Part shown: piece by piece, positions 26,982-38,220 of the stretch | Layout of the letters: each line of letters starts with the position of its first letter | How positions within the stretch are numbered: the first letter of the stretch is position 1 | Assembly: GCA_963666215.2 (NCBI GenBank) | Contig: CAXWPL010000003.1 | Coordinates: forward strand, 368,366 to 432,365 | Reading direction: 5' to 3' | Length of the DNA stretch: 64,000 nucleotides | Source: Acidobacteriota bacterium | GTDB taxonomy: Bacteria; Acidobacteriota; UBA890; WLXD01 | Program-made: the position numbers and the translations under genes | Notes under the pieces: generated by a model | Database searches by the model: none | The model's input: the letters and a program-made list of their open reading frames with translations, nothing else | Told to the model about the DNA's origin: nothing

Positions 26982-28784
26982 ATGAAACACGTCCGCAATT
27001 TCTGCATCATCGCGCATATCGACCACGGCAAGTCGACCCTCGCCGATCGGTTGATCCAGGCGTGTGGTGGCGTGTCGGATCGCGACTTCCACGACCAGCT
27101 GCTCGACTCGATGGACATCGAGCAGGAGCGTGGAATCACCATCAAGAGCAACACGATCACGCTGTCGTACAAGGCCGCCGACGGTGTCGAGTACGAGCTC
27201 AACCTCATCGACACGCCCGGTCACGTGGACTTTTCGCACGAGGTGCGCCGCTCGTTGATGTCGTGCGAAGGCGCCCTGCTGCTCATTGACGCCTCGCAGG
27301 GTGTCGAAGCCCAAACGGTGGCGAACCTCTACCTGGCGCTCGAGTACGACCTCGAGGTCGTTCCGGTCATCAACAAGATCGATCTTCCGTCGGCCGACCC
27401 AGAGAGAGTTCGCGAGCAGATCGATGCCGATCTCGGGCTCGATCCATTCGAAGTCGTGCTGGCGTCGGCCAAGACGGGCGACGGCCTCGACGATGTGCTC
27501 GAGGCGATCGTCAGCAAGCTACCAGCGCCCAAGGGCAATCCCGACCCGGAGGCACCTCTGCAGGCGCTGATTTTCGATGCCGAATACGACGCCTATCGCG
27601 GCGTCATTCTTCTCGTGCGCATTTTCCAGGGGCGTCTGCGCAGCGGCGAAGCGATCAAGCTCATGCACACCGATGCCGACTACCAAATTGAAGAGCTCGG
27701 CAAGTTGCGACTGAAGCGCGTGCCCGACAAAGAACTGCTCGCTGGCGACGTCGGCTACCTGATTGCGGGCGTGAAGTCGGTGAGCGACATCGATGTGGGC
27801 GACACGATTACACACGTCAACGCGCCTGCCGCCGAACCGCTCCCCGGGTACGTGCCCGCCAAGCCAGTGGTTTTCTCGTCGATGTACCCGATGTCATCGG
27901 ACAAGTACATCGAGCTCGGCAAGGCGCTCGACAAGCTCAAGCTCAACGACGCCTCTCTGACGTTCCAGAAAGACTCGTCGAGCGCTTTGGGGTTCGGGTA
28001 TCGCTGCGGCTTTCTGGGGATGCTGCACTTGGATGTAGTGCAAGAGCGCCTCGGGCGTGAGTACGACTTGTCGCTGCTGCTCACGGCGCCGTCGGTGCAG
28101 TACCGCGTGACCACCACCGATGGTGTGCCGCGCGTACTCGAGAATCCGATCGAGTTCCCCGATCCCGCAACCATCGAGTCTGTCGAGGAGCCCTACATCA
28201 AGGCCTCCGTTCTCATGCCCGACCGCTACCTGGGGGTGGTCATGGAACTGCTACTCGACAAGCGCGCCAGCGCAACGAAGTTCAGCTACCTGGCGGTGGG
28301 TCGGGTGGAACTGACCTGCGACGTACCGCTGGCAGAGGTGCTGTTCGACTTCTACGACCGGCTGAAAACAATCACTCAAGGCTACGGCTCGTTCGACTAC
28401 GAAGTTATCGACGACCGCCCCACCGACGTTGTCAAAGTCGACATCCTGGTCAACGGCGAGCGTGTCGACGCGCTGGCGATGTTGGTGCACCGCGAAAAGG
28501 CCCGCGCTCGCGCGCTGCAGGCCTGCGAACAGCTGCACAAGCACATCCCTCGACAGAACATCAAGATCGCCATCCAGGGCGCCATCGGCCGCGACATCAT
28601 CGCCCGCAAGACACTCTCGCCGTACCGCAAGGACGTCATCGCCAAGTGCTACGGCGGCGACATCACCCGCAAGCGCAAGCTGCTCGAAAAGCAGAAGGCG
28701 GGCAAGAAACGCATGCGATCGTTCGGATCGGTGGAGATCCCGCAGGAGGCTTTCCTCGCGGTGCTCCGAACCGACACCGAGTAG
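26982..28784 (+). CDS. lepA: Elongation factor 4 (LepA)
   Basis: RNFCIIAHIDHGKSTLADR, ERGITIK, DTPGH, NKID, KCYGGDITRKRKLLEKQKAGKKRM. Confidence 0.99.
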   Translation: MKHVRNFCIIAHIDHGKSTLADRLIQACGGVSDRDFHDQLLDSMDIEQERGITIKSNTITLSYKAADGVEYELNLIDTPGHVDFSHEVRRSLMSCEGALLLIDASQGVEAQTVANLYLALEYDLEVVPVINKIDLPSADPERVREQIDADLGLDPFEVVLASAKTGDGLDDVLEAIVSKLPAPKGNPDPEAPLQALIFDAEYDAYRGVILLVRIFQGRLRSGEAIKLMHTDADYQIEELGKLRLKRVPDKELLAGDVGYLIAGVKSVSDIDVGDTITHVNAPAAEPLPGYVPAKPVVFSSMYPMSSDKYIELGKALDKLKLNDASLTFQKDSSSALGFGYRCGFLGMLHLDVVQERLGREYDLSLLLTAPSVQYRVTTTDGVPRVLENPIEFPDPATIESVEEPYIKASVLMPDRYLGVVMELLLDKRASATKFSYLAVGRVELTCDVPLAEVLFDFYDRLKTITQGYGSFDYEVIDDRPTDVVKVDILVNGERVDALAMLVHREKARARALQACEQLHKHIPRQNIKIAIQGAIGRDIIARKTLSPYRKDVIAKCYGGDITRKRKLLEKQKAGKKRMRSFGSVEIPQEAFLAVLRTDTE

Positions 28785-28814
28785 CTGGCTGCGCTACCCA
28801 ACAGAGCCTCGCCC

Positions 28815-31557
28815 ATGATCGGCACGACCGTTTCCCACTTCAAGATCACCGCCAAGCTGGGTGAGGGCGGGATGGGAGAGGTATTTCGAGCCGAGGACAC
28901 GAAGCTCGGCCGCGAGGTGGCCCTCAAGGTGTTGCCAACCGAGGTGGCCAGCGATCCGGAGCGGCTGAAGCGGTTCAGTCGCGAGGCCAAGTCGGTCGCG
29001 GCGCTCAACCATCCGAACATCGTGACCATCTATGCGGTCGAAGATGCCGTCGGTGTCCCCTACCTCGTCATGGAGCTCGTCGAAGGCAAGAGCCTCGATC
29101 GGCTAATGCCGCCTTCCGGCTTCGACCTCGCTTCCTTCTTTCCGATCGCGATTCAACTCGCCGACGCGCTGGCCGCAGCTCACGACCAGGGCATCGTCCA
29201 CCGTGACATCAAGCCGGCCAATGTCATGGTCACCGAATCGGGCCGGGTCAAGATCCTCGACTTCGGTCTGGCCAAGCTGGCAAAGGCCGCGACTGACAAC
29301 GCCGAGACCGAGCTCACGCGGGACGGCATGATCCTTGGGACAGCGCCGTACATGTCTCCGGAGCAGGCGCAGGGCGACACGGTGGATCCGCGCAGCGACA
29401 TCTTCTCGCTCGGGATCGTGCTCTACGAGATGGCGACCGGTCAGCGGCCGTTTCAAGGCGACAACGCGATTGCCGTCATCTCCGCGATCCTGCGCGACGC
29501 GCCACCTCGGGTAACTGAGGTGCGGGCCGAGCTTCCTCGACACCTCGGGCGAATCATCACCCGCTGCCTCGAAAAAACCCCGGCTGAACGCTACCAGGCC
29601 GCTCGCGAGCTTCATCTGGAGCTTCGACGACTGTACGAGGAAACACAGGCCCCGAGCCTCTCGACGCCTGTCTCGACCGTACGGCTGCCCGCGCAACCAA
29701 CACTCTTCATCGGGCGCGCGAAGGAGGTAGCGGCGGTGAAACAGTTGTTGCGGCGCGATGACGTTCGGCTGGTAACGCTGACAGGGCCTGGCGGGACGGG
29801 GAAGACGCGCTTGAGTCTGCAGGTCGCCACCGCTCTCCGCGACGAGTACGAGCATGGAGCCTATTTCGTCGATCTGGCGGCGGTCACCGATCCCGAGCGC
29901 GTGCCATCGGCAATTGCGACCGCTTTGGAGGTCACCGAGGTCGCCGGCCAAGCGATGGGAGACACGCTCGGGCACCACCTCCAAGACAAGCAGGCGCTGC
30001 TTGTGCTCGACAACTACGAACAGATCGTCGAATCGGCTCCTGTGGTGGGTGATCTGCTGGCGGCGGCACCCGGCGTCAAGGTCATGGCCACTAGCCGTGA
30101 GTCGCTGCGCCTGAGTGGCGAGCAGAACTACGCCGTGCCACCACTGGGTCTGCCCGACCTGCAGCGTACCGAGCCGATTGCCGAAACCTCGCGGTACGAG
30201 TCGGTCGCCCTGTTCATTCAGCGCGCGAAGGCCGTGCGGCCTGATTTCGAGATCGACGAAGAGAACGCCGTCGAGGTCGCCAAGATCTGCGTGCGGCTGG
30301 ATGGCCTGCCACTGGCAATCGAAATGGCGGCGGCTCGTGTGGCGATCTTCTCGACGGCGCAGCTGCTTGAACGTCTCGAACACCGGCTCAACACGATGAG
30401 CAGTCGGCTACGCGATCTCCCTCTTCGCCAACGCACACTGCGCGGCACGATCGACTGGTCCCATGACCTTCTGGATGAAGACGAGAAGACGCTTTTCAGG
30501 CGGTTGGCTGTCTTCACGGGTGGGCGGGCACTCGAAGCGGCAGAAGCGGTGTGCGGAGGTGGTGCCGGCGGGGCCGAGCACCTGGCGCCCCTGCAGATCG
30601 ATGTGGCGGAAGGGCTCGAGTCACTGGTTCACAAGAGTCTGTTGCGGCGAATACCAGGACCCGGTGGCGAGCCTCGCTTCGTCATGTTGGAAACGATTCA
30701 CGAGTATGCGCGCGAGCGTCTGGACGAGCACGACGAAGGCGAGCGGTTGCGTGGTCTACACGCACAGTATTTCGCCGCGCTGGCTGAAGAAGCCGAACCC
30801 GTTGTCGACACCGGCGAGTTCGCCACTTGGAAGCCGCGCTTTGTCGCCGAAGCCAACAACATCTCATCGGCGCTCGCCTGGTCGTTGACGAGTCGCGATA
30901 TCGCGCCGGGAATCAGATTGTTGACGGCTATCAGCTTCTACTGGTTCCGCACCGGAAGTCATGCGCCCTTTCAAGAGTGGGTGAATCGAGCACTGGAGCG
31001 GATAGACGACGTGCCCGTGGCGCTACGATCCAAGTTCTTGCTGACAGCGGGGCTGAGCGCTGCCTCAGAGGGTACGATGGCACGATCACGCGGGTTCGCG
31101 CAGGAAGCGCTTGCGATTGCCCTGGAGGAGGGGAACAAGCAGCAAACTGCGCGCGCGTACCTTTCTCTGATGATGACGGCAGTGGGAATGCGCGATTCAG
31201 ACTTGTATGAGCAATCCAAGCTATGGCTGGACGAAGCCTTGGTGATCGGCGACGAATTGCAGGATCGCAATATGAAAGCCAAGGGTCTGAACGCGATGGG
31301 TGAGATCGCCCGTTCAAACGATGACTACGTGACAGCCAAGCGCATCGATCGGATCGAAAATCCAGGCCGCAGACGTCGCCCAGTACGAGCGTGGTCGGGC
31401 CGCTGTAAGAGCGCTCATGGAGGCTGCGGAGTTCGACAGGTTGCGGGCGGAAGGGCGGGAGATGTCGCTTGATGACGCAGTGGCCTACGTGCTCGCCGAC
31501 GACACCGAGGAGCGAGCGACTCGGACGGGTGGTATTCCGGATCGAGGTCCTGGCTAG
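28815..31557 (+). CDS. Ser/Thr kinase + NB-ARC-like STAND ATPase + TPR protein, with an internal deletion/frameshift near 31345
   Basis: LGEGGMGEV, HRDIKPAN, DFG, GPGGTGKT, LVLDN, RLDGLPLAIE. The family-typical tail (FDRLRAEGREMSLDDAVAYVL) is in another frame and ends at TAG 31557. Confidence 0.9.
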
Positions 31558-31643
31558 TTCGCGGCTCGATCGAAGGCGGTGCGCGCGGCGGAGACTCGCC
31601 GCGACTAAAGATGGGCATGGGATTCCGCGGCGTCCAGCCGGGC

Positions 31644-32396
31644 TCAGCCCAGCTCCCGACGAGCCGCCGCGAACACGTCGGCGAGCATGGGACGCGTGAG
31701 CTTGCCTGTGAAGGTGTTCTGCTGGCTCGGGTGATACGAGGTGATCAAGGTCAAGCTCGACGGGCCGGCCGCGGCGATCGGATCGTCGCGGATCACCGAG
31801 ACGTGGCGACCATGGCCGAACTTCGGCTTCGGCACCGGCACTCTGAAACGGCGATCACGTAGCACGCGCAGCGTGTGGTCGTAGGCGAACTGGCCCAGAA
31901 CGACGATCACGCGGAGCCGATCGTCGCCACCGAGCAGGTCGAGCTCGCGCTCCAGAAACGGGCGACAATTGTCGCGCTCACCCGGGGTTGGCTTGTTGGC
32001 CGGCGGGGCGCAGCGCGCCGCCGCCGTGATGAAGCAATCGGTGAGCTCGAGCCCGTCGTCAACCGAGTTGGACGCCGACTGGTTGGCGAAGCCGGCCTCG
32101 TGCAGTGCCCTGAACAGCCAGTCTCCGGAACGATCGCCGGTGAACATGCGCCCGGTGCGATTCGCTCCGTGTGCGGCGGGGGCAAGACCCACAATCAGCA
32201 ACCGCGCGCGACGGTCGCCCAGCCCTGGGACTGGCTTACCCCAGTAGGTCTCGTCCGCGAAGGCAGCTCGTTTGACGCGGGCCATCGTCTCGCGATGCTC
32301 GACGAGCCGCGGACACCGCCGGCACGCCGTGACGTCGGCGTCGAGCGCGTTCCAGCGCGAGGCGGCGTTGACGCTTGTGCGCTCGCTCAACCGCAC
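31644..32396 (-). CDS. Uracil-DNA glycosylase, family 5 (UdgB type)
   Basis: CRRCPRL Fe-S motif, GLAPAAHGANRTGRMFTGD, HPSQQNTFTG. Confidence 0.95.
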   Translation of the reverse strand: MRLSERTSVNAASRWNALDADVTACRRCPRLVEHRETMARVKRAAFADETYWGKPVPGLGDRRARLLIVGLAPAAHGANRTGRMFTGDRSGDWLFRALHEAGFANQSASNSVDDGLELTDCFITAAARCAPPANKPTPGERDNCRPFLERELDLLGGDDRLRVIVVLGQFAYDHTLRVLRDRRFRVPVPKPKFGHGRHVSVIRDDPIAAAGPSSLTLITSYHPSQQNTFTGKLTRPMLADVFAAARRELG

Positions 32397-33566
32397 GTGG
32401 GCTCGTATCCGTGGGGAATCGTCAGCTCGTCGAGATCTCGAACCGAAACGTACGGCACAAAGCCTTGCGCCAGTGCGCGGGCGACGAAGTCGGCGATCTT
32501 GGCGGCGTCGGTCAAGTAGTCGATTGCCAGGACGGGTAGGCCCGCGGCAACGAACTCGCCGAGCAGCTCCACGGTCTCGAGCTGTGGGTCGAGCTTGTTG
32601 TTCTCGCTCTTGTTGCCGAAGTAGAAGGTGTCTTCAGCGCCGATCACGTCGATCTGCTTGAAGTACTTGCGACGCTGCTTCGCGGCTTCCTTCACGGGAT
32701 CGGAGGCATCGGGATACGACCAGTCCGCGATGATCGCCGAGCCGTTCTGAGGAATCGTCAGGAGGAATCGTCAGAAAGAACGGCACGTTCCGTTTCTTGC
32801 GCGCGTACTTGGAGAGCTTCTTGACGAGCTTGACCATGTCGGCGGCTGCTTGGCGACGCTCGTCGTTGCCACCGTTCTCCGACGACCCCCAGAACTCGAA
32901 GGCGTCGATGATGTCGAGATAGACGCCATCGAAGCCAGCACCGATGATGCGGTCGAGGTAGCTCTTGCCGGCCCCCGACTTGACGCCGAACAGGATCTTG
33001 CGCCAGGCCTTGTGCCAGAAACGAACCTTGTAGTTGTCGGGGAAGTCGGGATTGAAGCCACCGAGCCAGGCCGGCGCCACCGCCGTCGGCAGACCGGCGG
33101 CGGCGATCCAAGCGTCGTCCCAGTAGTAGCGATACGTCTCTGCCTCGCCGATGCTCAGGTAAGCGAGAACCACTCTGCGGCCGCACGGCCCGTCCTGCTT
33201 GAGGGATTCAATCTGCGCCGCTGGCCACTCCGAGTCGCCATCGCCATAGCGCGCGTAGTCGATGACCACCAGATCGAAGCGCGACGCACCGATGACGCCC
33301 AGGTCGGCGCCGTAGCCCTGCAACTGGTAGGCATAGTCGTCGATATCGATCGGAAAGTGATCGCCAACACCGCGAACAGGCACGCCGACGACGCCAGGCG
33401 AACTGCTCAGCCACGCGAGCGGGAGCAGAGCCATACTTGCCACCAACGCCGATCTGCGTCTGGGCCTCGAGCCCCTCCGGTCACCGGACTCAGCGGCCAG
33501 ACTCCGATGACGCCGACAGCGCCACCTCGACGCCGCGGCGCTGTGACCGAGGCGGAGGCGTCTCAA
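32387..33566 (-). pseudogene. GH114/TM1410-like endo-alpha-1,4-polygalactosaminidase-family protein, frameshifted by a 13-bp duplication
   Basis: YQLQ, DLVVID, AYLSIGEAETYRYYW, GFDGVYLD; GAEDTFY and VLAIDY in the second frame. Removing one GAGGAATCGTCAG copy restores FFLTIPQNGSAII. Confidence 0.88.
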
Positions 33567-34198
33567 GTCGTTCGCGTGCGGCGACCGTGCCAGATGTACC
33601 AGCAGCCGATCGAACGGTACGGGCGCCAGGGCTCGGCAATCTGTGATACGCGGTCTGCCGATGGGCGATCTCGGAGATCGTAGAACTGCTGGATGCCGTC
33701 CTGAATGCCGAGATCGTCGGCCACCAGAACATCGAGACGTCCGAGCCGGAAGAGCAGGAACACTTCCGCGGTCCAGCGCCCGATACCGAGAACCTGCGTG
33801 AGCTCGGCGATGACCTGGCTGTCGGTCATCGCCTTCAGGCGGCGGAGCCGGACAACGCCATCGTCGACCTTCGCAGCGAGGTCCTTCAGGTACCGAAGCT
33901 TCCGAGACGACAAGCCGGCGGCGCGCAGATCGTCGTCTGCTGTGGCTCGGAGTCTCGCCGCGGACGGCGCCCGACCTCCGTACAGGGCCAGGAACTTCCT
34001 GCGAATCGACGCCGCTGCTGCCACCGAGATCTGCTGCGAGATGACCGCGTAGATCAAAGCGGCGAGCGCGGGATGGTACGGAGTCTCGTCGATCCGACAG
34101 CGACCGACTTCGGCCATCACGTCACCCATGACCGGGTCGACGCGTCGCAGGTGGCGCTCGGCTGCCCTCAGCTCGCGTGGGTCGAAGATCCTCGGCAT
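33563..34198 (-). CDS. alkA: DNA-3-methyladenine glycosylase II (HhH-GPD)
   Basis: SQQISVAAA, GLSSRK, GIGRWTAE, DLG, WRPYRS. Confidence 0.93.
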   Translation of the reverse strand: MPRIFDPRELRAAERHLRRVDPVMGDVMAEVGRCRIDETPYHPALAALIYAVISQQISVAAAASIRRKFLALYGGRAPSAARLRATADDDLRAAGLSSRKLRYLKDLAAKVDDGVVRLRRLKAMTDSQVIAELTQVLGIGRWTAEVFLLFRLGRLDVLVADDLGIQDGIQQFYDLRDRPSADRVSQIAEPWRPYRSIGCWYIWHGRRTRTT

Positions 34199-34360
34199 CG
34201 GGGCAGCGTAACGACTTGTCGGGCTGGACGCGAGGTTCTAACGTGCGGCCATCTGCCAACCACGAGGCGTTGCGGCGTCCTCGATAGGGCACGACACCGT
34301 CTGGCGGGGCCGACTCACCTCGATCCGTCTCATTCCGAGCAACGCTCTACCTGGGAGCCC

Positions 34361-35539
34361 ATGGAACAGCTCACGCAATTGATCGACACCGAACGCTGGC
34401 TGGAAGTGTTTCAGACGTTTGTGCTACCGCGACTCATTCAGACCGGGCTGCAGATCCTCGGCGCCACCGTGGCTCTGTACGCCTTCCGGTGGCTCAGTGG
34501 AAAGATCCATACGCACCTCGCAAGCCGTACAAGAACTCTCGTCGACGACATCTTGTCGCACGCGGTGCGCGGCTGCGGTCAGATATCGATTGGCTTCTGG
34601 GCAGCGATGCGAATCGCGCAGATCTGGGATCTCGGCGGACTGGCCGACACCCTCGTGGCAGTGTGGATCGTTGTTTTCTCCTTCCCGGTGAGCAAGTTCG
34701 CCACCGACCTGCTGGAGATCGCCGAAGCCGGAATCGTCGGCCACACGGGCAGCAAGCTCGACGACACGGCGCTGCCGTGGGTCAACCGGCTGGCGCGAAT
34801 CGCGATCATCGGCGGCGGTGTCATGATGGCGATGAACTGGCTCGGGGTGAGCATCACGCCGCTGCTTGCCGGAGCCAGCGTGGCGGGATTGGCCTTTTCG
34901 TTCGCCGCCAAAGACACGCTGTCGAACCTGATCGCCGGGATCCTGCTCATCATCGACCGACCGTTCCAGGTGGGCGATCGCATCGAGCTGTGGGGAGGCC
35001 TGCCGTCGCAACAGGCAACCTGGGGCGACGTCAAGGAAATTGGGCTGCGCGCAACAGTCATCGAAACACCCGACAAGCTGACCGTGATCATCCCGAACAG
35101 CGCGATCATGCAGCGCGACATTGTCAACTACACCGCATCGGGCCCTCTGATGCGCCTGCGCATCCCGATCGGGGTCGCCTACGATGCCGATATCGACCTC
35201 GCGAAGCGTCTGGCGGTGCAGGTGGCCGAGGGAACCGAGGGCGTACTCGAGAGCCCGAAGCCGGTGGCGATCGTGCGCAGCTTCGGCGACTCGGCCGTCG
35301 ATCTGCAGCTGCGAGTGTGGCTGAGTGACGCCCGCAAGCGTCGTGACATCGGCGACGTGATTACGGATCGCCTGAAGACTATCTTCGACGAGAATGGGGT
35401 CGAGATCCCCTACCCCAAGCGCGATCTCTACATCAAATCCATGCCGCAGGAGCTCGGCGCCGCGACCGGCGTGGGACCCGCTGCCACGCCCCGAATCGAC
35501 CACACCGCCGAGAGCTCTAGCGAGGAGTCCGAAGCATGA
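34361..35539 (+). CDS. Small-conductance mechanosensitive channel (MscS family)
   Basis: FAAKDTLSNLIAG, RPFQVGD, IGLRAT, IPNS, FGDS, GVEIPYP. Confidence 0.95.
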   Translation: MEQLTQLIDTERWLEVFQTFVLPRLIQTGLQILGATVALYAFRWLSGKIHTHLASRTRTLVDDILSHAVRGCGQISIGFWAAMRIAQIWDLGGLADTLVAVWIVVFSFPVSKFATDLLEIAEAGIVGHTGSKLDDTALPWVNRLARIAIIGGGVMMAMNWLGVSITPLLAGASVAGLAFSFAAKDTLSNLIAGILLIIDRPFQVGDRIELWGGLPSQQATWGDVKEIGLRATVIETPDKLTVIIPNSAIMQRDIVNYTASGPLMRLRIPIGVAYDADIDLAKRLAVQVAEGTEGVLESPKPVAIVRSFGDSAVDLQLRVWLSDARKRRDIGDVITDRLKTIFDENGVEIPYPKRDLYIKSMPQELGAATGVGPAATPRIDHTAESSSEESEA

Positions 35540-35895
35540 GCACGGGCATCGTGAAATCACGCGACGCGATCGATCTCCACGAGGTAGCCGCGGGCACGGC
35601 GACGCAGATGCACACGCTGCTCGGTCCCGACGACGGCGCCCCGAACTTCGCGCTCCGCCGCTTCGTGATGGGCGAAGGCGGCGGCATGCCGCGGCACACC
35701 AACGCGGTCGAGCACGAGCAGTACGTGCTGTGCGGTCGCGCGCGCATCAGCATCGGCGACGCGGTCCACGAGGTGAAGGCCAACGACGTGGTCTACATCC
35801 CGGCCGGCGCGCCGCATCACTACGAGGTGCTCGAGGCGCCATTCGAGTTCCTCTGCATGGTGCCCAACAAGCCGGACCGCATCGAGCTCGAATAG
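35536..35895 (+). CDS. Cupin domain protein
   Basis: MPRHTNAVEHEQYVLCG and YIPAGAPHHY cupin motifs; ATGA coupling to the MscS gene. Confidence 0.92.
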   Translation: MSTGIVKSRDAIDLHEVAAGTATQMHTLLGPDDGAPNFALRRFVMGEGGGMPRHTNAVEHEQYVLCGRARISIGDAVHEVKANDVVYIPAGAPHHYEVLEAPFEFLCMVPNKPDRIELE

Positions 35896-36020
35896 AGGAC
35901 CCTCCCCGCATCCGATCTGGCGCTGCCTGCCGCGCCTGCGTAGGCTGTCGAAACCGCCCGCGGCCGACGCCACCAACTTCTTGGCGGCGCCATCGCAGAC
36001 TGGAACCGGAGGCTCTCGTC

Positions 36021-36872
36021 ATGTCCAGGACCGCTCTAAGAGCACAGGCCCTTGGCCTTCTCGTCCTCACGCCCGTATTCGTCGTCGTGGCCGGGTGCAG
36101 CGCTACGATTGAGTCGGGAAATGGGCCTTCGGGCGACGCCAACCAGACAGGGCTTCCTGGCGGTTCGGACTGGCGCATTGTCGAGCTGACCCACGAGCTC
36201 AGCCCCGACTCCATCTACTGGCCAAACGGCTCGGCGTTCGAATTCGAACGCGAAGTGTGGGGCCACGACGAGGCCGGCGACTGGTACGCGATGGCGCGTT
36301 ACGCGACGCCGGAACACCTTGGAACGCATCTCGACGCGCCAGTTCACTTCGCTGAAAACGGCTGGACAACCGCGGAGATCCCGCTCGAACGCCTGATCGG
36401 GCCGGCGGTGGTCATCGACATCTCGGCGCGGGCCGCCGAGAACGCCGACGCCGCGCTGCAGCCAGACGACGTCGACGCCTGGGAGGCGCGCAACGGCAAG
36501 ATACCCGACGGCGCGATCGTGCTCGTGCGCTCGCGCTGGTCGGAGCGCTGGCCGGATTGGAACACCTACTACGGCAGTGACGATCCGTTCGACACGACTT
36601 CGCTGCACTTCCCCGGCGTTTCTCCCGAGGCCGCCCAGGCGTTGGTGAGCCGTCGCGTCGCCGGAGTGGGTGTGGACACCACCAGCGTCGACCCCGGCAA
36701 CGACACGGCCTTCCGCGCCCACCGTCTGCTCGGCCCGGCCAACATCTTCAATCTCGAGAACCTGACGAATTTGAGCGAGCTGCCCGAATCGGGAGCGATG
36801 GTGTTCGCGCTACCCATCAAGATCGCCGGCGGCAGCGGCGGCCAGGCCCGCGTGGTCGCCCTAGTCCGCTAA
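36021..36872 (+). CDS. Cyclase/kynurenine formamidase-family lipoprotein
   Basis: VAGC lipobox, EHLGTHLDAPVHF, GVDT, ENLTNL. Confidence 0.92.
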   Translation: MSRTALRAQALGLLVLTPVFVVVAGCSATIESGNGPSGDANQTGLPGGSDWRIVELTHELSPDSIYWPNGSAFEFEREVWGHDEAGDWYAMARYATPEHLGTHLDAPVHFAENGWTTAEIPLERLIGPAVVIDISARAAENADAALQPDDVDAWEARNGKIPDGAIVLVRSRWSERWPDWNTYYGSDDPFDTTSLHFPGVSPEAAQALVSRRVAGVGVDTTSVDPGNDTAFRAHRLLGPANIFNLENLTNLSELPESGAMVFALPIKIAGGSGGQARVVALVR

Positions 36873-36904
36873 TCCGCTAATCCGCTAATCCGCTAGTCCG
36901 TTAG
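36862..36904. repeat. 8-bp tandem repeat TA(A/G)TCCG(C/T) x5
   Basis: tagtccgc taatccgc taatccgc taatccgc tagtccgt tag, overlapping the cyclase stop codon. Confidence 0.9.
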
Positions 36905-37001
36905 CTCGCCAGGTGGCGTCGCGAGCTCGACCTCCGGCCGAACGCCAGCGCTGCTGTCAGACGCGCGACTCCGTCTCCGGCGACCAAGCCGCCCACCCGT
37001 G

Positions 37002-38126
37002 CTAGTAGCTCGTAAAGATGCGGCGCAGCTCGGCCGGATCGTCGGTGTGGGCGAGCGCCACCATCAGCAGGATGCGCGCCTTTTGCGGCGTCAGGTCGTC
37101 GGCCGCGACCGAGTTGCCACGACCGCCGCGAACACGCCCCGAACCGGTGCGGCTACTACGAACAACAATCACGCCTTGCTCCGCCACTTCGTCCGCAGCC
37201 TCTGACTGCGCGCGAGTGGTGGCGCCGCCGCCGGACCCAGCGATGATGACGCCGCGGGCACCGGCCGCCGCGAAGGCACGGATATCGGTGCCGTCGGCGC
37301 CGTTGTAGGTGTACGAGATGTCGACGCGCGGTAGCTCTTCGGCGCTGAGCCCCGACACGTCAAACTCACTGTCGGCGGTATGCCGTTTCTCCAGGCGCCG
37401 ATAAAAAACCGGGCCGTCTGGATCGACCGTTCCGAGCGCCCCCCACACGCGCGACTGGAACGTCTGTACTCGCAGAGCGTTCGTCTTGGTGGCGTCACGC
37501 GCCGCGTTGATCTCCTGGTTGAGCACCACCAGAGCGCCGCGGCCACGCGCCCGCTCGTCGGCCGCCACTTGGATCGCATTCATGAGATTCAGCGGTCCAT
37601 CGGCCGACACGGCCGTGGCCGGGCGCATCGCCCCGACGATGACAACCGGCTTGTCGCTGCGCACCGTCAAGTTGAGAAAGTACGCGGTCTCCTCGAGCGC
37701 GTCGGTGCCATGCGTAACCACAACGCCGTCGACCGTGTGGCCGTCAACGCCTTCCGTAAAGAGAACGTTGATCCGCTGCGCCAGCGCCAGCCAGTCGGAG
37801 GGCAACAGCGACGTGGAGCTCACGTTGCTGTACTGCTCGGCGCTGACGTTGGCGATCTCGTCGATATCTGGAACCACCGCGAGGAGCTCCTCCACGGGAA
37901 TCGCTCCGGACCGGTAGCCCGAGAGCTGCCCGGGCCCCGCCGCCCGACCGGCAATGGTGCCGCCAGTTGCAACCACGCGTACGTATCGGAGCGCCTCTTG
38001 CGGCACCGCGACTTGGGCCTGCGAGTTCGCGAAGGCGGGCACAACCGCCAAGCCCGCGACCAGCAACAACCCCGATGCTTGCCTGGCGCCGATTCCGCGT
38101 CGTCGGTGCTGGTTGGTTCGATTCAT
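37002..38126 (-). CDS. Secreted type II L-asparaginase
   Basis: ATGGTIAG, THGTDALEETAYFL, GAMRP, SADGP, PQKARILL; signal peptide. Confidence 0.95.
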   Translation of the reverse strand: MNRTNQHRRRGIGARQASGLLLVAGLAVVPAFANSQAQVAVPQEALRYVRVVATGGTIAGRAAGPGQLSGYRSGAIPVEELLAVVPDIDEIANVSAEQYSNVSSTSLLPSDWLALAQRINVLFTEGVDGHTVDGVVVTHGTDALEETAYFLNLTVRSDKPVVIVGAMRPATAVSADGPLNLMNAIQVAADERARGRGALVVLNQEINAARDATKTNALRVQTFQSRVWGALGTVDPDGPVFYRRLEKRHTADSEFDVSGLSAEELPRVDISYTYNGADGTDIRAFAAAGARGVIIAGSGGGATTRAQSEAADEVAEQGVIVVRSSRTGSGRVRGGRGNSVAADDLTPQKARILLMVALAHTDDPAELRRIFTSY

Positions 38127-38220
38127 GTCGTTCCTCGCTCGTGTCGAGTCAATGCCATGGGGAGTAGAGCGCAAGGCGCCCGCGAGCCGCGCAAAACCCG
38201 ACGCAGGCTACTACGCGTAG

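Noticed and set aside
36862-36904. CRISPR array
   Set aside because: The units are 8 bp with no spacers, and there are no cas genes.
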